From a virus, in IMG/VR virus record IMGVR_UViG_3300046779_000879, positions 1 through 64,000 of that record: 64,000 nucleotides of DNA; one strand, 5' to 3'. Made by a program: the position numbers and the translations under genes. The first letter of the stretch is position 1. Each line of letters opens with the position of its first letter. Below, in pieces: positions 10,288 to 19,170 of the stretch. The notes beneath the pieces are model-generated. The model was not told the origin of the DNA. It saw nothing but the letters and a program-made list of their open reading frames with translations, and did no database searches.

Positions 10288-10568
10288 TGCAACAAGAAAG
10301 TTGGTTAAACAATAAATGGCGTCCATCGATGGGGTGGATGTACATGGTCGTTTGTATAATGGACTTTATCATTTTTCCAGTGCTATGGAACCTACTACAA
10401 AATAGTGCAGGGCAACCAATCACTCAATGGAAACCATTAACACTTGAAGGTGCTGGATTATTTCATATGGCAATGGGTGCTGTTTTAGGTATCGCTGTAT
10501 GGAGTCGTGGTAAAGAGAAATTAGCTGGGGTTGCAAATTCGTCAATAAATAGCAAGGATGAAGAATGA
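10287..10568 (+). CDS. holin-like membrane protein (3TM holin family)
   Basis: WRPSMGWMYM..DFIIFP..GAVLGIAVWSRGKEK. Confidence 0.6.
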   Translation: MQQESWLNNKWRPSMGWMYMVVCIMDFIIFPVLWNLLQNSAGQPITQWKPLTLEGAGLFHMAMGAVLGIAVWSRGKEKLAGVANSSINSKDEE

Positions 10569-10981
10569 GAATAGATGATAGTTTGTCTGAGGTGTTTGAT
10601 GTTCAAACATCACCAAAGACAGAAGTGATTACACAGGATGGTGAGATTATTTCCGCATCAAGTCAAAAGATTGAATCAGACTACGATACTACTCGTAATA
10701 ATCTTCTTATATTATTACAACAAGGACAAGAAGCACTTCAAAAGTCTCTCGATGTAGCTATGCAATCTGAACATCCACGTGCTTTTGAAGTAGTGGGTAA
10801 TCTTATGAAACAACTTGCTGAAGTGAACCAACAGTTGATGGATTTACATCAACAGAAACAAAAACTAGATGAACCATCTAAAGCTGAAAAAGCTAAACAG
10901 GTTACGAATAACAATGCTATCTTTGTCGGTAGCACTGCTGAATTGAATAAGTTAATTAAGAATATGGCTAAAGGAGAATAG
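10565..10981 (+). CDS. gp16: terminase small subunit gp16
   Basis: DYDTTRNNL..SEHPRAFEV..NNNAIFVGSTAELNKLIK. Confidence 0.9.
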   Translation: MRIDDSLSEVFDVQTSPKTEVITQDGEIISASSQKIESDYDTTRNNLLILLQQGQEALQKSLDVAMQSEHPRAFEVVGNLMKQLAEVNQQLMDLHQQKQKLDEPSKAEKAKQVTNNNAIFVGSTAELNKLIKNMAKGE

Positions 10982-10983
10982 TA

Positions 10984-11706
10984 ATGGCATTACCAATAAT
11001 GAATACACCGACCTATAATATGGTCGTACCTTCGAGTGGAGTGAATGTTAAGTTTAGACCATTCCTCGTTAAAGAGGAAAAGGCACTATTAATTGCACAA
11101 CAAAGCGAAGACTTAATGGTTATGGTTGATACTCTTAAGAGTGTCATTAAAACCTGCGTTTTAGATACTATTGATGCTAATAAACTAGCAACATTTGATT
11201 TAGAGTATATGTTTACTCAAATCCGTGCTAAGTCTGTTGGTGAAATTATTGAATTAATCTTTCCGTGTGATAACGACCATGGTGAAGATAATGAAAAGGC
11301 TAGAGTTAAAGTTTCTATAGACTTAACTACATTGCAAGTAGAAAAGGATCCTAGTCACGTAACCAAAATTGATTTATTTGATAATGTTGGTGTTGTTATG
11401 AAATATCCAACAGTTGACATTATGAAAAAATTAGAGTCTTTAGACGAAGATAACCTAGACAAGATTTTTGATGTAGTTGCTTTATCTGTTGACTACATCT
11501 ATCAAGGTGACGAAATCTTTTACGCAAAAGAACAAAAACATGAAGAAGTGTTACAGTTTTTAAACAACTTAACATCTGACCAATTTTTAAAGATCCAGAG
11601 CTTCTTTGCAACTATGCCAAGAATTAAAAAACAAATTGAATATACTTGCCCTGTGTGCCAAAAGCAACACAAGAAGATGCTGGAGGGCATGCAAAGTTTT
11701 TTTTAA
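10984..11706 (+). CDS. gp26: baseplate hub assembly protein gp26
   Basis: MALP..PTY..PS..FRPFLVKEEKALL..FDLEYMF..IRAKSVGE..CPVC..LEGMQSFF. Confidence 0.9.
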   Translation: MALPIMNTPTYNMVVPSSGVNVKFRPFLVKEEKALLIAQQSEDLMVMVDTLKSVIKTCVLDTIDANKLATFDLEYMFTQIRAKSVGEIIELIFPCDNDHGEDNEKARVKVSIDLTTLQVEKDPSHVTKIDLFDNVGVVMKYPTVDIMKKLESLDEDNLDKIFDVVALSVDYIYQGDEIFYAKEQKHEEVLQFLNNLTSDQFLKIQSFFATMPRIKKQIEYTCPVCQKQHKKMLEGMQSFF

Positions 11707-11888
11707 TAAATCTTTGTCATGAAAGTTTAGCGAATTACTATAAAATGAATTTCGCTCTGATGCAGTACCACAAATACTCGCTTGCGGAACTTGAGGAAAT
11801 GATTCCGTTTGAAAGAGAAGTGTATGTCTTTATGTTAATTGAATATCTGGAAGAAGAGAAAAAAAGAATAGAATCTAAGAGAAAATAA
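11703..11888 (+). CDS. gp51: baseplate hub assembly catalyst gp51 (first ATG at 11745; possibly reached by a -1 frameshift from gp26)
   Basis: HESLANYYKMNFALMQYHKYSLAELEEMIPFEREVYV; the family-like sequence starts upstream of the first ATG. Confidence 0.85.
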   Translation, partial: LINLCHESLANYYKMNFALMQYHKYSLAELEEMIPFEREVYVFMLIEYLEEEKKRIESKRK

Positions 11889-11889
11889 A

Positions 11890-13683
11890 ATGGCAAAAAA
11901 CAAAGACTATCAAGTTCATGTTACATCAAGTGATATGAAATCCTTACTTGAGGCACAGAGACTATCTGTGGGTCATCTATCAACTATACAAAGTTTGATG
12001 GAAAAGACAGCAAACATTAAAGACGATGAGAGATTAAAACTAGAACAAGAAACATTAAATGTTCAAAAGAAACAACTAATAGTTCTTGAAGATTCTGAAA
12101 CAGACAGAAAAAAGTCACAAGAGGATATTCAAAAACTAATGGATAGTATAAAGACGTTTAAGTCTCCGTTAGAACGTGTGCGTGATAACGTAAAAGGTTT
12201 TGTAGGTAAGTTCTCTGGTGAAAATGTTAAAAAGAACTTTCTTGAGTCTACTAATGTTTTCGGTATTAATAATAAACGAATAGAAAAAGAAAAGTTTATT
12301 AAAGAACAAAAAGCACTTGGTGCTGAAGGTGATCTTAATAAAAAGTTTGAAGGTGCTTATTCTGCTAAAAAAGAATCTTTAAAGGTCGAAGCAAATATTC
12401 AAAAACTAAGAGATGCCACTGGTGGTAAATTTACTGATGAAGAATTAGCTAAATCTAAACCTGAAAACGCTGCACTATTTGCAAAAAAAGCAGCACTGAC
12501 AGAAGAGTATGCTCAATTTGATAAAGGTGCTCAATTAAAAGCTGGTGATAAAGCATCAATGGTTTCTCCTTCTGCAAAAGAAGTAGCTAAAACTCCAACA
12601 GAGGCATTTGCATCGGCAGGAGAGCAACAAGAAGCTGCACAAGAAAATGCTAAGTTAATGGGGGATCAAACTTCTCTGTTACAGAAGATTGAAGAAAACA
12701 CTCGTGGTGGAACTTCTGCCAATGCTAGTTCACAGAGTTCTGAGGATTCAGGTGGTGGGCTATTAGGTGGATTAGGTAAAGGATTAAAATCTCTTGGCAC
12801 TGGTCTTGGAAGAGGACTTGGTGCTATTCTTTCTGGTATCGGTAGAGGATTATTTGCCTTATCTTCTGGTCTTGTCGCACTAACTCCAGCCATTCCAGTT
12901 ATCGGTGTATTGACTCTTGCAGCTGTTGGATTGGGTGCTGCATTAAGATTAGCTGCACCTGCCATTGAAGCATTCGCCCCAGTTCTTATGAAGGTTGCTG
13001 AAGTCGTTGGTACTGTGTTTGTTGCAGCCATTGAAAAAATTCCAGAAATTATCAAAACAGTTGGTGATGCTATCATGGGTGTTATCGGTGCAATTTCTGA
13101 TTCTATTATCGGAATTATTGATGCAGTTACAGCAAGTATTGAAAGGCTTGCTAATATCGATGGTGGTGCTCTACTTCAAGTAGCTGGTGGACTTCTGGCT
13201 TTATCTGGTGCTATGGTAGCATTCGGTGGTGCACAAGCATTGGCTGGACTTGGTTCTTTGGTTGGTAAACTATTAACAATCGGTTCTGATTCTCCAGTAG
13301 AACAGTTAATCAAGATCGGAGATCGTGGTGATGGTATCCAAAAAGCTGCAGATGGCATGGAAAAACTTGGTACAGCCATGGGTGCTTTTGGTAAGATTGA
13401 TAAAAAGACAATGGAAGCTATTAATGATTTTCCATGGCTTAAAGCAACTGCCTTCGTTGCAGCAGGTGGTTCTATGCAAGTGGATGGTGCTGTTGTAACA
13501 AAGGCATCTAAACAAAATGCTGACGCAGCTGCAGCAAATAGTGGTTCTGGTGGTGGTAATACTGCTGTTGTTAATGCTCCAGTAACAACAACCAATAATA
13601 ATTCTCAGATAATCAAATCACCTATCAGAAATCAAGAGTCATCTCTAGCCAGATACAGCGTTAGTAGATATTCTTACGCATAA
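11890..13683 (+). CDS. tape-measure / hub protein (gp29-like)
   Basis: 597 aa; coiled N-terminus with Ala/Gly-rich helical repeats; follows gp26-gp51 as T4 gp29 does. Confidence 0.7.
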   Translation: MAKNKDYQVHVTSSDMKSLLEAQRLSVGHLSTIQSLMEKTANIKDDERLKLEQETLNVQKKQLIVLEDSETDRKKSQEDIQKLMDSIKTFKSPLERVRDNVKGFVGKFSGENVKKNFLESTNVFGINNKRIEKEKFIKEQKALGAEGDLNKKFEGAYSAKKESLKVEANIQKLRDATGGKFTDEELAKSKPENAALFAKKAALTEEYAQFDKGAQLKAGDKASMVSPSAKEVAKTPTEAFASAGEQQEAAQENAKLMGDQTSLLQKIEENTRGGTSANASSQSSEDSGGGLLGGLGKGLKSLGTGLGRGLGAILSGIGRGLFALSSGLVALTPAIPVIGVLTLAAVGLGAALRLAAPAIEAFAPVLMKVAEVVGTVFVAAIEKIPEIIKTVGDAIMGVIGAISDSIIGIIDAVTASIERLANIDGGALLQVAGGLLALSGAMVAFGGAQALAGLGSLVGKLLTIGSDSPVEQLIKIGDRGDGIQKAADGMEKLGTAMGAFGKIDKKTMEAINDFPWLKATAFVAAGGSMQVDGAVVTKASKQNADAAAANSGSGGGNTAVVNAPVTTTNNNSQIIKSPIRNQESSLARYSVSRYSYA

Positions 13684-13709
13684 AAAAAGGGATCTTTACG
13701 ATCCCTTTT
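13682..13709. terminator. bidirectional intrinsic terminator
   Basis: AAAAGGGATC-TTTAC-GATCCCTTTT between convergent genes. Confidence 0.85.
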
Positions 13710-13743
13710 AACTAATAACTCAAGCGAGTTGCAGAGTTAGTGT

Positions 13744-14655
13744 TTAACCTTCGTCAGCAATTTTCTGGAAGTATGACATAACATCTTCATCGTCATCTTC
13801 TGCTACAGACTTTGGTGCTGGCGCAGCTTTTGATGCGATCTTAGGTGCTTGTGCTGTTGGTCGATCTTCATCAGCGATTTCTGCAGCAGACTTGCTAGCA
13901 AAAGCATCACCAGAAAGAACATCATTCAACTTCTTCTTTAGTTCATCATAAGACTTGAAGTTCTTACGATCTGTAAACTCAGACAACTTGTGTTGAGCAT
14001 TTACAATTGCCAACAACTTGTCTTCATCATCAGAAACTGCAGCTGGTTCGCTGAATACAGACTCATCATAGTTTGCGTAACCATCTTTCTTACGCATACG
14101 CAGTTTAAAGTTTGCACCTTCCCACAAATCAAATACGTTCACTGGCTTTTCATCTTCGAATGTTGGACGTGCTTTGTCCATAATCTTATCAAAGATCTTC
14201 TTGCCAAACTTGAACAAGAATACCTTACCTTCGTTCTCAGGATGCTTCGGATCTGAAACAACGAGTACGTTAGCGATGAAAGAAAGTTTACGCTTTTGTT
14301 TGCGTGCGATTTCTTTGTTGGCTTCAGAACCAGAGTTCCAAAGTTGAGTGTTTAGTTCACCAACAGGATCGTTTTCACCAAGAGTGGTTAGGGAGTTTTC
14401 GATATACCACTTTCCAGTTGGACCTTGGAAACCATGACTGAAGATTCGAACCCATGGGAGTTCATCACCTTCTACACGTGGTAGGAATCGGAGTGTTGCA
14501 GTTCCATTACCTGCCTTGTCACCTTCGAGTCGCCAAAAGCGATCGTCAGCAAAAGATTTAGTATTGGCTGTTTCGGGATTCGCAATCTTGTCGAATTCTC
14601 CAGCGATTTTGCTGAAGTCAGAATTGCGCATTTTACGGAGTGCTTGAATATCCAT
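13744..14655 (-). CDS. gp32: single-stranded DNA-binding protein gp32
   Basis: DDRFW..DKAGNG.A.LRFLP..HGFQGPTGKWYIENSLTT..FKFGKKIFDKI; acidic tail; start set at MDIQ after AAGGA. Confidence 0.96.
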   Translation of the reverse strand: MDIQALRKMRNSDFSKIAGEFDKIANPETANTKSFADDRFWRLEGDKAGNGTATLRFLPRVEGDELPWVRIFSHGFQGPTGKWYIENSLTTLGENDPVGELNTQLWNSGSEANKEIARKQKRKLSFIANVLVVSDPKHPENEGKVFLFKFGKKIFDKIMDKARPTFEDEKPVNVFDLWEGANFKLRMRKKDGYANYDESVFSEPAAVSDDEDKLLAIVNAQHKLSEFTDRKNFKSYDELKKKLNDVLSGDAFASKSAAEIADEDRPTAQAPKIASKAAPAPKSVAEDDDEDVMSYFQKIADEG

Positions 14656-14677
14656 CGTATTTTCCTTTGTATTAATA

Positions 14678-14902
14678 TTACGGTGTATTTTTAGTATGTT
14701 GTATTTGAATTTCATCAGTCAGTTCGACTTCATCATCGAATGAATCATCATCGAATGAATCATAATCTTCATCTACATAGCTATTTAGCGTTTTCATTCC
14801 GCCATTTTTTCGACCATTCGAATGTTTAGCGTGCTTTCCAGATCGCCCACTGGTCTGCTCATCTTCAAACCTTTTAGGTTGCTTATGATATGTCTTGCCC
14901 AT
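14678..14902 (-). CDS. hypothetical protein (basic N-terminus, acidic C-terminus)
   Basis: 74 aa ORF between gp59 and gp32. Confidence 0.6.
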   Translation of the reverse strand: MGKTYHKQPKRFEDEQTSGRSGKHAKHSNGRKNGGMKTLNSYVDEDYDSFDDDSFDDEVELTDEIQIQHTKNTP

Positions 14903-14904
14903 AA

Positions 14905-15516
14905 TTACTCTGCAATTTCTTCCATGAAATGATTAAAAACTTTTTGAATCTTAATCTTATCGTATTTTACGAATCCAGTCAACTTTGTAATACGTCTTAA
15001 TTCATTATCCCATATGTATTTAACTGATAAGTTCTGATTCCACTTTTCAACAATAGGATGAAAGTCATCTATGATTCGTAATGTTTCTATGGAGATCTTT
15101 CCACCAACAAACAATGATAGTGCTACAGGGTACTCACTGTCTGTAAAATTAAATAATGCAGAGTGTTTCAATTTGTTCACTTCGAGATGAGTTAGTAATG
15201 TTGCTAAATCATCTACAAATACTTTTGTAATGCTTTGTTTTCTTTTGTTCCATTGTCTAAAGTTATCATCTGCTTCTGCACCAGCATAAATTGCAGTATC
15301 ATTACCATAAGCAAAGTTAGAAACAAAGAACTGAATAATCTCTTTGTCGTCTTCGTGCTTTCTGGCTAACTTCTCAAATATGTATCTGTCATTTCTAGCA
15401 TTAAATGCTTCACGAGTGCCTTTAACATTTCCTCTGTTTTCAAAGACATTGAATTTGTCAGTAGTAAAGTGGAGTTTAATTGCTAGGTAATAACGATATG
15501 CTTTAAATCCATCCAT
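14905..15516 (-). CDS. gp59: helicase loader gp59
   Basis: GFKAYRYYLAIKLHFT..RNDRYIFEKLA..GKISIETL. Confidence 0.9.
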   Translation of the reverse strand: MDGFKAYRYYLAIKLHFTTDKFNVFENRGNVKGTREAFNARNDRYIFEKLARKHEDDKEIIQFFVSNFAYGNDTAIYAGAEADDNFRQWNKRKQSITKVFVDDLATLLTHLEVNKLKHSALFNFTDSEYPVALSLFVGGKISIETLRIIDDFHPIVEKWNQNLSVKYIWDNELRRITKLTGFVKYDKIKIQKVFNHFMEEIAE

Positions 15517-15740
15517 TATACATCTAATTGTGCCAGCTTAGGCAAATAATTAAGTTCACGAAAGTCCATCTCAATTTTATCTTTTAAAGATTTGTTAATT
15601 AACTTGGCAATATCTTCTGGCTCAAGATAGTTCTCTTTACAATACTCAAGGACAGCGTCCATGTAGGTAGTATTGGAAGTAGAAACTATCTGTTCAATGT
15701 ATAAAGAAAAGTCATTAGCATTCTTAAATATAGCTGACAT
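15516..15740 (-). CDS. gp33: late transcription coactivator gp33
   Basis: FSLYIE..YMDAVLEYC..E.EDIAKLINKSLKDKIE..LNYLPK. Confidence 0.9.
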   Translation of the reverse strand: MSAIFKNANDFSLYIEQIVSTSNTTYMDAVLEYCKENYLEPEDIAKLINKSLKDKIEMDFRELNYLPKLAQLDV

Positions 15741-15963
15741 TCTGATCTTTCTTAATCCAATATTCAGTATGTTTAAGTTCTTGATTCACTTTATCATACT
15801 CTTTTAGTTTAGATTTGTAAAGTTTCCATATAGGTGTATCTGTTTTATCAGCATCCATCTTACGTTCAAACTTCTCAAGAAACATGGAAAAGAATTTGTC
15901 CAACTTCATCTTTTGACATATCAAATTATCACGTTTGTTTTCTAAATCACAAATATTGTTCAT
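15724..15963 (-). CDS. hypothetical protein
   Basis: 79 aa ORF in operon. Confidence 0.6.
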   Translation of the reverse strand: MNNICDLENKRDNLICQKMKLDKFFSMFLEKFERKMDADKTDTPIWKLYKSKLKEYDKVNQELKHTEYWIKKDQNVSYI

Positions 15964-15965
15964 TA

Positions 15966-16253
15966 TTATTCTTCGCCGATATACTCGACACCTCTATATT
16001 TTTCCAAATCAACTTTAGAAGTTTTAAAGAAGTAATTATGTTCCCTAATTTCTTCATTAATTACAACTAACTCAGCTTCTTTTGCAGCAATAATTTTTAA
16101 CAATTCATTTTTAGAAGAAATGACATTTTCATCTTCTGAAGAAGAGTTAAGAATTTTTTCATTTTTTGTTTTAATATTTGAAATAAAGGTTGTTAATCTA
16201 TTTTTCAAAGATTCTAATTCATCAAATCTTTTCACACGTTGTCTAATTTTCAT
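15966..16253 (-). CDS. hypothetical coiled-coil protein
   Basis: 95 aa ORF; GAGG RBS; TATAAATA at 16292-16299. Confidence 0.6.
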   Translation of the reverse strand: MKIRQRVKRFDELESLKNRLTTFISNIKTKNEKILNSSSEDENVISSKNELLKIIAAKEAELVVINEEIREHNYFFKTSKVDLEKYRGVEYIGEE

Positions 16254-16306
16254 GGGGTTCCTCTTTTAATGGGTTTAAGTATACAAGACATTATTTATAT
16301 TATATC

Positions 16307-16498
16307 TTATTTGTTATTGCAAGACAAGTTTGTGATTTTACCTTCATAAAATGCAAGATCAAATGAAAGACTCTCAACTTCATCTTTAAGTTTCTTAATC
16401 TTTTCTTTCATACATTGCATTTCTTCGTAGTGTTTCTTTCGAAGCAATTCCATTTCTGATTCTAGTCCAGAACACTTCACGCAAAATTCACTCATCAT
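16307..16498 (-). CDS. hypothetical protein
   Basis: 63 aa; CxxC followed by coiled coil. Confidence 0.5.
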   Translation of the reverse strand: MMSEFCVKCSGLESEMELLRKKHYEEMQCMKEKIKKLKDEVESLSFDLAFYEGKITNLSCNNK

Positions 16499-16845
16499 CC
16501 TCTCCTCATAGTGGCGATATCTTTGGCTTCTTCATCACTGAACACAGGAACTGCGTTCGACTTATGCATAGTGCCGATACCTTTAATCTTATCTCCAGTA
16601 TAGACTGGATTAGGTTTCAGAGCACAGACGCCACCAGTAAATGGAAGACTTGGAATCTTAGGTGTCTCCCGACAAGCAGGTCTCCCAAGTGAGTATACGT
16701 CACTGAGTTGTTGTTGCTTTTTTGGAACAACAGTCTTTGTGGCATACTTCTTAATCATCGCTTCCCAGCTTGCTTGCAATTCTCGTTGCTTTGCAGTAGG
16801 TTTGCGTTTTTTAGATTTACCGATTGATGTATGTATCATTTGCAT
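16495..16845 (-). CDS. conserved basic phage protein
   Basis: C-terminal YTG..GIGTMHKSNAVPV..DIATMRR motif typical of large myoviruses; start moved downstream of the promoter. Confidence 0.7.
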   Translation of the reverse strand: MQMIHTSIGKSKKRKPTAKQRELQASWEAMIKKYATKTVVPKKQQQLSDVYSLGRPACRETPKIPSLPFTGGVCALKPNPVYTGDKIKGIGTMHKSNAVPVFSDEEAKDIATMRRG

Positions 16846-16851
16846 AATATA

Positions 16852-16880
16852 ATTATACTCCAAGTATGAATTAATGTCAA
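16852..16880 (-). promoter_or_regulatory. sigma70-type early promoter
   Basis: TTGACA-17 nt-TATAAT. Confidence 0.85.
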
Positions 16881-17378
16881 TCAATTTTGTCCAGATAAAG
16901 TCATTGAATGTCCCTCGTTTGCAGCCTGAAGAGACAATAACTTCTCCAAAGATCTAATATGAGAAGACTCTAGAGTGTATCCGCAATAATCTATATTGAG
17001 TTTAGGCATTTCATGAGTGTAAACTTCCATTACAACTTTCTTCCCATACTTTTTATAAACCTCTTGCATGGCAAGATGAATAGTAATTACAGATCTGTCG
17101 TATCTTCCAGTTTCTGATTTGCCTTCTACACGATTTTTACCTGAAGACCTATATTGTGACAATCTTTGCCAAATTCCTTTAGCACCTTCAGCCTTACCTA
17201 CTTTAAGAATCACTAGTTCACCATCTACACGAACGCAAATAAAATATATTCCAGGATTTTTATTTGGATAAGATTTCATAATCCACTTATAGTCAGAATT
17301 ATCATAAGTGACATTATCGTCGTGGAGAACAGCATGTTTATTAATAAATTGCAAAACTGAAAGACTTTTCTTTTTCAT
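16881..17378 (-). CDS. GIY-YIG-like protein
   Basis: NPGIYFI...LKVGKA...QRLSQY and a distal Glu (LEKLL). Confidence 0.45.
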   Translation of the reverse strand: MKKKSLSVLQFINKHAVLHDDNVTYDNSDYKWIMKSYPNKNPGIYFICVRVDGELVILKVGKAEGAKGIWQRLSQYRSSGKNRVEGKSETGRYDRSVITIHLAMQEVYKKYGKKVVMEVYTHEMPKLNIDYCGYTLESSHIRSLEKLLSLQAANEGHSMTLSGQN

Positions 17379-17379
17379 A

Positions 17380-18078
17380 TTACACCACCACGAAACCAGT
17401 TGTGTCTTTCTTCGCTTTACCTTTGGCTTTCAAGCCAACGATAACTCCCTTTGGATCTAAAAATCGCAGATCTGTCTCATCACCATTAATAACTGGACGA
17501 CCGATGTATTTCTCTGGCAACTCTTTGAATACAGCTGCAATATTCATACCATTACTTGCAGCAAGACGAACATCCATGTCATTGCCATCTGCTTTAGAGA
17601 AAGTTAAATGGTAGTTAGGAATATGGCTTACTTTGCGACCAACAATTTTAGTGTAGTCATAGAATTGCACATCTGGGAACATTTGGAAAATATTCTTGCC
17701 GTTTGCAACTTCATACTTCTCCCATGCAATGTCAGAAGTACCATTAAGACGAAACACTGGAATAAGATTTTTCTTCTCAGCTGACTTAATTGTCTTAATA
17801 ATTTCAACAGTCAATTCATTCAAGAATGCACGACGATCTTCGAAGAATGCTTTGGTTTTGCGAATGCGTGCTTGTTGGATGACATTGGTTGTTTCACCCT
17901 TCTTGAAAATACCACCACGACCAGCAGTATTTAAACATGCAGCTTTGCAACCAGCAGTGGCTTTTGGACAGGTGTTTTTGCCAGACAAGTCAGCAGGTGC
18001 AAGATGAAGGACAGAAGATAAGTATCCCTTCTTTTGACCCTTCATCAACTTTGGGTTTCCAACAGTAAGTAAAGCCAT
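17380..18078 (-). CDS. GP88-family phage protein (Cys-rich)
   Basis: LHLAP..TCPKATAGCKAACLNTAGRG..RLNGTSD..FYDYTK..YHLTFS..GDETDLRFLD. Confidence 0.75.
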   Translation of the reverse strand: MALLTVGNPKLMKGQKKGYLSSVLHLAPADLSGKNTCPKATAGCKAACLNTAGRGGIFKKGETTNVIQQARIRKTKAFFEDRRAFLNELTVEIIKTIKSAEKKNLIPVFRLNGTSDIAWEKYEVANGKNIFQMFPDVQFYDYTKIVGRKVSHIPNYHLTFSKADGNDMDVRLAASNGMNIAAVFKELPEKYIGRPVINGDETDLRFLDPKGVIVGLKAKGKAKKDTTGFVVV

Positions 18079-18112
18079 TTTTCACATCTCCATAATCAAC
18101 GATATAAGAGAT

Positions 18113-18141
18113 ATTATACAGTAATTGTGAATTAAAGACAA
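18113..18141 (-). promoter_or_regulatory. sigma70-type early promoter
   Basis: TTGTCT-17 nt-TATAAT. Confidence 0.8.
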
Positions 18142-18150
18142 CACCCTAGA

Positions 18151-18210
18151 ACCCCTCTAGGAGAGAGGGTCTGGGAGTCGAAAATAACCCTACAGAGTGT
18201 AGGGATTACT
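18151..18210. repeat. stem-loop element upstream of early promoter (copy 1)
   Basis: ACCCCTCT..AGAGGGT and AATAACCCTACA..GTAGGGATTA; related copies at 34204 and 56075-56132. Confidence 0.6.
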
Positions 18211-18436
18211 TTTTATTAGAAGGTGGTTGATTATGAGACGCAGCGTAAGCCACACAAACCAAATCTGATTCGTTTGCATAGGCACAACGAACTGCAACAG
18301 GATCAATTCCCTTTACAATCGCTGATTCTACATTTCGTTCAACTGACTTCAACACATTGTACTGATAAAAAGTAACAGAGCAAATAAGTGTCACTAATGC
18401 AAGGGTTACACATCCAGTAAAAACATTATCATTCAT
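18206..18436 (-). CDS. small membrane protein
   Basis: N-terminal TM segment; GIDPVAVRCAY; AAGGAG RBS. Confidence 0.65.
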   Translation of the reverse strand: MNDNVFTGCVTLALVTLICSVTFYQYNVLKSVERNVESAIVKGIDPVAVRCAYANESDLVCVAYAASHNQPPSNKK

Positions 18437-18452
18437 AACAAACTCCTTTAGT

Positions 18453-18632
18453 TTACCAAGATCCATCATCAACCACCACTCTTAACCATACCAAACCAAG
18501 ATATAATTCAAAGTGAAACATATATGTATCAATTTCATGCGGAGGATTAACCTCCAATTTAAAATTCCAGTGGTAAGGATTTAAAACTAATCCTGCCCAC
18601 AAACCTGAGTATTTAAGATAGTTCTTTAACAT
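18453..18632 (-). CDS. hypothetical 59-aa protein
   Basis: Read by eye: MLKNYLKYSGLWAGLVLNPYHW...DDGSW; fills the gap after clpP. Confidence 0.5.
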   Translation of the reverse strand: MLKNYLKYSGLWAGLVLNPYHWNFKLEVNPPHEIDTYMFHFELYLGLVWLRVVVDDGSW

Positions 18633-19170
18633 GGTCGCATAGTCCTAATTTTTTGGCTTCAGGTGGACTTAACCAGATATCTTGTGGTGGCAAAAGAACC
18701 TCTCGGATTTTTGCATCAGAAAGACCAGTGCACTTTTTGTAATGTGCAATCATCTTTTTAGTGGTTAAGTCAAACTCCTTTACCGTTGCGAAAAGTTCGT
18801 GTTCTTTACCAAACGCACCCCATGAATATTGATGGGATAAGATAGAAGTGTTTGGTGTAAGAATACGTTGGTCTTTATCTCCAGCGATAAAAATCATAAG
18901 TCCAGCAGAAGCAATCTGACCAAGACCGATTGTACGAATCGGAATAGCAGAACCTCTCATAACATCAATCAGTGCAAACGCTGCATTTAAATCACCACCT
19001 GGAGATGTGATGATTAGATTGAGCAACTCTGGTCGCTCTTCAGCAAAGTTTGCTTCAAAAATCCACTCAACTGCAGTCTTGGCAGTTGCCAATGAGATTT
19101 CTTCCATTAATAAAAAGAATGAGTGTTGTGAAGACTCTTCTTTTAGTTGTAGATTTAGTTTTTGCATCAT
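18613..19170 (-). CDS. clpP: ClpP-family serine protease
   Basis: ITSPGG; GQIASAG (Ser); ILSHQ (His); QDIWLS..EA..LGL.D (Asp). Confidence 0.88.
   Translation of the reverse strand: MMQKLNLQLKEESSQHSFFLLMEEISLATAKTAVEWIFEANFAEERPELLNLIITSPGGDLNAAFALIDVMRGSAIPIRTIGLGQIASAGLMIFIAGDKDQRILTPNTSILSHQYSWGAFGKEHELFATVKEFDLTTKKMIAHYKKCTGLSDAKIREVLLPPQDIWLSPPEAKKLGLCDHVKELS

Noticed and set aside
12666-13595. Minus-strand ORFs inside the tape-measure gene, and similar antisense ORFs throughout the window
   Set aside because: Shadows of Ala/Gly-rich or codon-biased genes; no RBS or recognisable motifs.
14734-14763. Tandem repeat TCATCGAATGAATCA
   Set aside because: Encodes an acidic DSFDD protein repeat.
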